Assembly: GCA_905233655.1 (NCBI GenBank)
Contig: CAJOCS010000004.1
Coordinates: forward strand, 13,544 to 77,543
Source of the DNA: an uncultured Bacteroidales bacterium
GTDB taxonomy: Bacteria > Bacteroidota > Bacteroidia > Bacteroidales > UBA932
DNA length: 64,000 nt
Direction: 5' to 3'
Made by a program: the position numbers and the translations under genes. The notes below the pieces were generated by a model. That model made no database searches. It saw only the letters and a program-made list of their open reading frames with translations, and was not told where the DNA came from. Each line of letters starts with the position of its first letter. Positions within the stretch are counted from its first letter, which is position 1. Below, one piece after another: positions 57,808 to 64,000 of this stretch.

Positions 57808-58740
57808 ATGACTATGAAAAAGATATTTATCGGCGCATTCGCCCTTGCTCTGGCTGCTATGGTATCCTGCAACAGGAATGAGAGTTTCAAGCACATCCCC
57901 TTCGTGTATTTCGAATCTTCCTCAATTTCTGTCTACGAAGATGCAGGAACCGTACGGATTCCCGTCTATGCATCCACTGACGAGGATTTCACTCTCTCTT
58001 TCGTGACCGTCGACGGTACCAAGATCGACAAGGCTACCGGTATGGAGGTCCCCAACGGAAAGGCGGGTGAAGACTACGCAGTGAAGGACAATGATGCGGC
58101 TATCATCCACTTCAACGCTTCCGACGACGTAAAGTACATCGAGGTTAACATCACCGACCGCACCGGTGTCCTCACCGGAAACAAGGATTTCACAATCAAG
58201 CTGAATTCCGCAGGCAACGATGTTTCCCTTGGCGGTTTCTCAACCTGCAAGGTGACCATCATCGACAATGACCACCCGCTCAAGGAAATCCTCGGCCCCT
58301 ACGCCGCCACCGGTACGAGCCTCTTCTCCGGAACCGTAGAAGAATGGACCCTTACCATGGTCGCAGACCCCGACGACTATTTCAAAGTATGGTTCGACGG
58401 TATTCTCAAGGACTTCGAAGGCGATTATCTGAGTGGCGCCGATGGAAAGAACCATGCCATTTACGGCACGTTCAACAAGATCGACGACATCACGGCCAAT
58501 CTTTCGACCATCACCATTCCCGGCGGTCAGAAGTTTGCAGACCCGTACAACGGTAACGACATTTCCATCGTGTATGTGTCCGGCAACAGCTTCAGCCCCA
58601 CAAACGACATCTCCTTATCCAGGAAGGATGACGGTACCGGCTATGTGGCCAACAGCGGATGGGGCTCCCGTGTGGGAAGCACCACCAGCTTCTACGAGAT
58701 CATCGGCAGCAACCCCCAGCCGACCTTCATCAAAAAGTAA
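57808..58740 (+). CDS. Surface lipoprotein with Calx-beta-like domain
   Basis: Lipobox MVSC; F..SSISVYEDAG, G.DY, VTIIDND; downstream of susD. Confidence 0.75.
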   Translation: MTMKKIFIGAFALALAAMVSCNRNESFKHIPFVYFESSSISVYEDAGTVRIPVYASTDEDFTLSFVTVDGTKIDKATGMEVPNGKAGEDYAVKDNDAAIIHFNASDDVKYIEVNITDRTGVLTGNKDFTIKLNSAGNDVSLGGFSTCKVTIIDNDHPLKEILGPYAATGTSLFSGTVEEWTLTMVADPDDYFKVWFDGILKDFEGDYLSGADGKNHAIYGTFNKIDDITANLSTITIPGGQKFADPYNGNDISIVYVSGNSFSPTNDISLSRKDDGTGYVANSGWGSRVGSTTSFYEIIGSNPQPTFIKK

Positions 58741-58759
58741 CTCATAAAACAATTTGAAT

Positions 58760-60976
58760 ATGAAAATGAACTTCTGGAAAACTGCAATTGCGACCCTTTG
58801 CGTCGCCTTTGCATTTACAGCTTGTCACACGGAGCAGAAAGCTGTTCCCAGTGTAAGCCTTGCAGCCGGCGGTGCCGCTTTCGTAAACGGCGAAGCCACC
58901 GTGCTCGTGAATCTTTCCACAAAGGCTCCTTCCGATGTGAAAGTCGTTCTGGAGGCCGCAGGAACTCTCCCCGACTCTAATCTTGAATTTGAGAAATCAG
59001 TAACGGTTCCCAAGGGATCTTCCGCTGCAACCGTTTCCGTTAAGGTCAAGCCCGACGGTCTCGAGGCAAAGAGCTACGATGCGGTTATCTCCATCGTATC
59101 CGTAACCAACGGCGAACTCGGCTCTCCCAAGTCCGTCACTATCAACTACGACGCTTCCGGTCTTGAGAAGGCCGTGGTGAACATCGACGCCGACAGTGAG
59201 TTCTCCGCCGAGAACAAGGCTACCGTCACCATCAGCCTGAGGAAGGCCGCCGCCGAGGATGTGTCCGTTAAATTCGCCGTGGGTGAGAATGTTGCAAGCG
59301 GCAAGACTCCCATCCCCGCCGAGGCACTTTCCTTCACCAACCCCGCCGTTGTCCCGGCCGGTTCCAAGGAACTCGAACTCGTGGTTACCGTAGACCCCAC
59401 CAAGATTGTAAACGGTAAGGCATATCAGGCCGACCTCATCATCGAATCCGTCTCCTCCAATGCAAAGGTCGGTACCGATGTCGAGGTATTCATCGACTTC
59501 CGTTCGGCAATCGTCGCCAATCTGCGCAACGACTGGTCCGTCACCTTCAAGGGTGAATATGAAAAGGACGGCAATGTATATCACGACATAGAGGTCGACG
59601 GTGTTGGTGAGAACGGTACGTACTACATCTTCGTTTACGAAAAAGGTGTCGTCGCCGCCAATTTCGCCACCGTCTCCGAGTATCTTGACTACATGGAAGT
59701 AAACGCTGTTGGCCCCGCAATCGGCACCGAGGATGCATACCGCATCAAGCAGGGTGAGACCGGATGGCTCTATCAGAAGTTCCCTGTGGGCGAATATGAA
59801 ATCTGGCTTGCGGGTTGTGACGAAACCGGTCACCTGACCGGAGACTACAACACCTCCACCTTTGAAATCGAGCCCACTGCCGAAATGAAGGAAGCATACG
59901 AAAAGTTCCTTGGTGAATGGCAGCTCTCCAGTCCGAAGCTCACCTGGACCATCAGCCAGAAGACCTTCGGTTCCACCTACATCATCACCGGTATCGAAGG
60001 CCTCGACTACGAGGTTATCGCCTATCTCAACGAGGATCTCGAACTCGAGATTTACGCCCAGTCCGGCATCGACGACAACTATGAGTTCACTTACGATGGT
60101 TCTACCTACAACTGCGAAGTCGGCCTGTATGGTATCGACAACGGTGAAGGCTATTTCTGGACAGGCGAATACCTGATCTGCACCGGCAGTTTCGACGAAG
60201 ACGGCAATATCGTGCTGACTCCCGGAACTGTGAGTGACGGTACCAATACCTATAGCCTTGCCACGATGAACTTCATCGCCATCGACAAGGCCGGCAACGG
60301 TGCATTCTTTCTCACCAAAAGTTCCTGCAGCCTGCCCAACATGCTTATCAACCCGAATAACAAAGAAGAGGAGAACACTCCCGTAGTGAACGCCTCCTTC
60401 GACGACTTCATCGGCTCATGGGTCTTCGGCGGCTATGTGTTCGAGATTTCTGCCGGTTCCGAGGCAAATACCTATGTATTCTCTGCCGGTGACGACCTGG
60501 ATGCCGTGGCCAAGTTCGAGGATGGCAAGCTTGCTCTCTACGACCAGACCTTCGGTTCGTTCACCCATCAGACCTACGGTGCATGCACCTACCTCATTGG
60601 CGGTATCTTCAAATACGGCAGTGGTGAGTACCTGTACTATGTGAGCAACAATGACGGCGGTCTTGACGAGATTACCAAGATCTTCTCCGCCGAGCTGCAC
60701 GAAAGCGGTAACATCACTCTCGTTCCCGGCAGCTGCAAGTACGGAGACTACATCGCTTTCCGTTATCGTTGGATCATCATGGAAGCGGGTGAAAACCAGT
60801 ACAAGGGCAACTGGCTTTCCGACCCCATCTACATGGATGACATCGTGAAGCCCTATGTGCCTGCCGACGGAGCACCCAAGGGCGTTGCTTCAAAGCAGAG
60901 AGCTCTCGAAGGAGTAAGCGTTTTCCGTTCCCGCGAAGCCAAAAGCCTCGGGGAAGGACTCAGCACCCTTCGTTAA
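58760..60976 (+). CDS. Large multi-domain surface lipoprotein
   Basis: Lipobox FTAC; two Ig-like repeats; repeated YEKFLGEW/FDDFIGSW modules. Confidence 0.75.
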   Translation: MKMNFWKTAIATLCVAFAFTACHTEQKAVPSVSLAAGGAAFVNGEATVLVNLSTKAPSDVKVVLEAAGTLPDSNLEFEKSVTVPKGSSAATVSVKVKPDGLEAKSYDAVISIVSVTNGELGSPKSVTINYDASGLEKAVVNIDADSEFSAENKATVTISLRKAAAEDVSVKFAVGENVASGKTPIPAEALSFTNPAVVPAGSKELELVVTVDPTKIVNGKAYQADLIIESVSSNAKVGTDVEVFIDFRSAIVANLRNDWSVTFKGEYEKDGNVYHDIEVDGVGENGTYYIFVYEKGVVAANFATVSEYLDYMEVNAVGPAIGTEDAYRIKQGETGWLYQKFPVGEYEIWLAGCDETGHLTGDYNTSTFEIEPTAEMKEAYEKFLGEWQLSSPKLTWTISQKTFGSTYIITGIEGLDYEVIAYLNEDLELEIYAQSGIDDNYEFTYDGSTYNCEVGLYGIDNGEGYFWTGEYLICTGSFDEDGNIVLTPGTVSDGTNTYSLATMNFIAIDKAGNGAFFLTKSSCSLPNMLINPNNKEEENTPVVNASFDDFIGSWVFGGYVFEISAGSEANTYVFSAGDDLDAVAKFEDGKLALYDQTFGSFTHQTYGACTYLIGGIFKYGSGEYLYYVSNNDGGLDEITKIFSAELHESGNITLVPGSCKYGDYIAFRYRWIIMEAGENQYKGNWLSDPIYMDDIVKPYVPADGAPKGVASKQRALEGVSVFRSREAKSLGEGLSTLR

Positions 60977-60990
60977 TACCTTTTTCAATC

Positions 60991-61026
60991 AAACTGGCCG
61001 GGACTTCCGGGTCCCGGCCGGTTTTT
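60991..61026 (+). terminator. Stem-loop/terminator after Sus lipoproteins
   Basis: AAACTGGCCGGGAC/GTCCCGGCCGGTTT stem plus T5. Confidence 0.8.
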
Positions 61027-61039
61027 AACAACCTTTATC

Positions 61040-61732
61040 ATGAAGCGAATCTTGACAATCATCGCTCTGCTCTCTTCAGGCATAGTCGCCATTGCCCAGA
61101 GCTATGACTACAAGCCGCGCGAATCCTGGCCGTATCTGCTCGAAGAGTTCACCGCCGGGGAAGTGCGCACCAGCAGCGGCGCCCTTCTTCAGGACGGGTT
61201 CTACAACGTGTGCGTTACGGACGGAAAACTGCACTATGTGAACGACGGCACCATAATGGTGGCCAACATGCTGCAGATATATACTGTGCAGATAGGCTCA
61301 CGCCTGTTCTGCAATTATTCCGGATGCCTGTATGAGGTCGTGGACCAGCAGGGATACGGTTTTCTGGTAAAGAAAGTCCTGGTGGATATGTCGGCGCTCA
61401 ACAGTTCCGATATCGGATACGGCATATCGTCGGCGACGGCAAGCACCCAGCGGACCAACAATCTGGGTGTCGACGGAGGTGTTACGGCCAACGTACAGCT
61501 CCAGACCGCAGTGGCAAATGCTATGAGCGGCCCTGAACTTCCGCTGCAGGAGAGCTGGTTCTTCCTGTATCGCGGCAGCCTCATCGAGGCGAACAAGAGA
61601 GCCTTCCTTCATATGGACGGCATGGACCAGGCGGCTGCCAAAGCCTTCCTGAAAAGAGAAAGAATCAGATGGAACAAGCCCGAATCCCTTTCAAAAGTGC
61701 TTGCGTTCATCGTAGAGAACTATACAGAATAA
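61040..61732 (+). CDS. Exported hypothetical protein
   Basis: Signal peptide AIA|Q; host-like codon usage. Confidence 0.7.
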   Translation: MKRILTIIALLSSGIVAIAQSYDYKPRESWPYLLEEFTAGEVRTSSGALLQDGFYNVCVTDGKLHYVNDGTIMVANMLQIYTVQIGSRLFCNYSGCLYEVVDQQGYGFLVKKVLVDMSALNSSDIGYGISSATASTQRTNNLGVDGGVTANVQLQTAVANAMSGPELPLQESWFFLYRGSLIEANKRAFLHMDGMDQAAAKAFLKRERIRWNKPESLSKVLAFIVENYTE

Positions 61733-61733
61733 G

Positions 61734-64000
61734 ATGAAATTACTGCGTGCAGTTTCCCTGTCGCTGGCCTTTGCAGGCCTTTTCACGCTCTCCTGTGCCA
61801 AGCCGGAGGTGGAAGAGGCCGTTCCGGTGAGCGGCGTCCCCGGGGAGGAAACAGAATCTGCGAGTCACGGCGTTTTTGTTCCCGGTGTCTTCGAGGTCTA
61901 CCTTGACGACGATATGGTTCAGCTCGTGGAAGAGGACCTTGCCAACGGCAATGTTCCCACCAAATCGGCCCCTCTTACCGCGTTCTTCGAAGAGATGGGG
62001 GTGACCGGGATGGAGCGTATTTTTCCCGACGCCGGAGAGTTCGAACCCCGTCACAGGGAATTCGGCCTTCACAAGTGGTATTGGGTCTACTTCGACCAGA
62101 ACGCCGCCGTGCGCACCAAGGCCGAGGGAATGCTCCATGACATTCCCGGCATCCTCAATGTGAATCCTGTGCACAGGCTCGTTACGGCCGACAACGTATT
62201 CAACGACCCCTTGCTGAGCCGCCAGTGGCACTACGATAACAAGGGAACCACCTGGGCCGATGTGAATATTGTTCCGGTGTGGAAGAATTATACCACGGGC
62301 AGCTCCGATGTGATTGTGTCCGTTATCGACGGCGGAATAGACCCCACCCACGAAGATCTGGTTGAGAACTTTATTCCCGGCGGGGAAAACGGCAGCAAGA
62401 ACTTCATGAAGGACAATACCGGCTACCGTATCGTGGCGCATGACCACGGCACCCATGTCGCCGGAACCATCTCCGCAGTGAACAACAACGGAAAAGGCGT
62501 GGCCGGAATTGCCGGAGGCGATGCCGCCAAGGGAATCAAAGGCGCCCGCCTTATGTCCTGCCAGATCTTTCAGGAAGGGCTCAGAGGTTCCTATTCCGAC
62601 GCTGCAATCGTATGGGGTGCCGACCACGGTGCCGTCATCTCCAACAACAGCTGGGGCTACGACTTCGTGGACGACCATGGCAACTACGACAAACAGTCGG
62701 CCGAGTCGACCCATAATTTCTATGTCCAGCCCAATACTGAAGGCTACAAGTCTTCGTTTAAGGATGCGGTAGACTATTTCAACAAGTATGCGGGTATGAA
62801 GGGTGGCAAGCAGGTCGGCCCCATGGCCGGCGGCATAGTGTTCTTCGCCGCCGGCAACGACGGACGTCCCTACGGCCCTCCCGGATGCTATCCCGGCTGT
62901 ATGTCCGTCGGAGCCATCACCAATTACGGCACCCGCTCCAACTTCTCCAACTACGGAGACTGGGTGGATATCGCCGCTCCCGGCGTGAGCGTTATGAGTA
63001 CTATCCCCGGCAATAAGTACGGCGAGATGAGCGGCACCTCCATGGCCTGTCCTCATGTGACCGGCGTCGCCGCCCTCGTCATTTCCTATTGCGGCGGAGA
63101 CGGTTTCACCCGCGACCAGCTCTGGGACAAGCTCATCGGAGGCGCCAACGGTTCCGACCTTCCGGCCTCATACCGTATCGGCCCTCTTGTAGATGCTCTC
63201 GGCGCCATCAATTACGGCACCGGTGAGCCTCCGCAGCCCGTTGCTTCATTTACCGTCGACAAGGTGGTTTCCAATAACGTGACCATCACGCTTACGGTTC
63301 CTTCCGATGCCAACGGCCAGCCTGCATACGGTTTCCGCGTACTCGCAGCTCCCACTCAGGCCGCCCTCGATGCCTGCGATCCCAAGAGCCCCGGCGCTGG
63401 CATCCTGCATGGCAGTTTCCTTAGCCGTGATGCCCAGGTGGGCGAGACGGTAACGGGAACCATCGGCGACCTCGGTTTCAACGAGACCTATTATATCGCG
63501 GTGTCGGCCTTTGATTACGGACGCAATTTCTCACAGCTCAGTCCGTCACAGACCATTACCACCAAAGGAAATCACGCTCCCAAGATTACTACGGACTACA
63601 CCGGCGGATTCTCGTTCAAGGTGCAGGACAGTTTCGACATCGTCTTCAACATCGTCGATGAAGATGAACATGTCCTTACCGTCGAGTACGAAAAGGACGA
63701 GAACGATCCGGGCGCACTCCGCCTTCTGGAGAGTACCCGTCCCGGCGAATACGTCCTCCACGTGGCCGGCAACCTTGCCGATGAAGGCGACTACCATGCC
63801 GTCCTCAAGGCAAGCGACAACTATGGCCTTTACGCAGAATATCCCATTGACTATACGATTCTCCCCAATGCGGCGCCGGTCGTTAAAAAGGCTTTTGAAA
63901 ACATAATCCTTCACTATTCCGGGGAAATGGTTACAGTCAACACCCTGGATTATATCGAGGACCCCGACGGAGAAATACTGGCTTTCAACATTCAGATATC
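61734..64000 (+). CDS. Second S8 subtilisin-like lipoprotein protease (runs off window end; absent from ORF track)
   Basis: Manual translation MKLLRAVSLSLAFAGLFTLSC...; VSVIDGG, DHGTHVAG (62442), GTSMACPHV (63033) in one frame; FN3-like and Ig-like domains follow. Confidence 0.92.
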   Translation, partial: MKLLRAVSLSLAFAGLFTLSCAKPEVEEAVPVSGVPGEETESASHGVFVPGVFEVYLDDDMVQLVEEDLANGNVPTKSAPLTAFFEEMGVTGMERIFPDAGEFEPRHREFGLHKWYWVYFDQNAAVRTKAEGMLHDIPGILNVNPVHRLVTADNVFNDPLLSRQWHYDNKGTTWADVNIVPVWKNYTTGSSDVIVSVIDGGIDPTHEDLVENFIPGGENGSKNFMKDNTGYRIVAHDHGTHVAGTISAVNNNGKGVAGIAGGDAAKGIKGARLMSCQIFQEGLRGSYSDAAIVWGADHGAVISNNSWGYDFVDDHGNYDKQSAESTHNFYVQPNTEGYKSSFKDAVDYFNKYAGMKGGKQVGPMAGGIVFFAAGNDGRPYGPPGCYPGCMSVGAITNYGTRSNFSNYGDWVDIAAPGVSVMSTIPGNKYGEMSGTSMACPHVTGVAALVISYCGGDGFTRDQLWDKLIGGANGSDLPASYRIGPLVDALGAINYGTGEPPQPVASFTVDKVVSNNVTITLTVPSDANGQPAYGFRVLAAPTQAALDACDPKSPGAGILHGSFLSRDAQVGETVTGTIGDLGFNETYYIAVSAFDYGRNFSQLSPSQTITTKGNHAPKITTDYTGGFSFKVQDSFDIVFNIVDEDEHVLTVEYEKDENDPGALRLLESTRPGEYVLHVAGNLADEGDYHAVLKASDNYGLYAEYPIDYTILPNAAPVVKKAFENIILHYSGEMVTVNTLDYIEDPDGEILAFNIQI

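Noticed and set aside
1-64000. CRISPR array, IS transposase, integrase, reverse transcriptase, rRNA
   Set aside because: No regularly spaced repeats or corresponding protein/RNA motifs seen by eye.

Overview
This is a GC-rich Bacteroidales chromosome segment, inferred from TAnnTTTG promoters, SusC/SusD and the rseC-rnfBCDGEA order; it resembles uncultured rumen/gut lineages, but the taxon cannot be fixed from here. Most of it is housekeeping: malQ, yciH, hemD-rnpA-yidD-menG, pgk-lgt, a TolC/MFP/RND efflux operon, trxA, ispB, holB-ricT-gldH-trmB, dnaB, the Rnf complex, tRNA-Arg(UCU), a Dcu transporter, lpxK, DAHP synthase/chorismate mutase and frr. The most striking non-housekeeping element is a ~2.2 kb integrase-less, more AT-rich cassette (8686-10964). 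It is bounded by a 31-bp direct repeat of the 3' end of a SAM-methyltransferase gene, and the three mismatches between copies are all synonymous. The cassette carries its own promoter, a ~210-nt leader able to fold into two competing antiterminator/terminator-like structures, and one cargo gene (signal peptide + vWA + Pro-Ala linker + small OM beta-barrel). Also notable are a RagAB-like SusCD locus flanked by two paralogous subtilisin lipoproteins (probable protein/peptide utilisation locus; the second protease is missing from the ORF track), a frameshifted zinc-ribbon gene, a long palindrome containing an antisense copy of the tRNA 3' end, and a Tat-type AKR/polyferredoxin redox pair. All assignments are by eye from motifs; no database searches were run.
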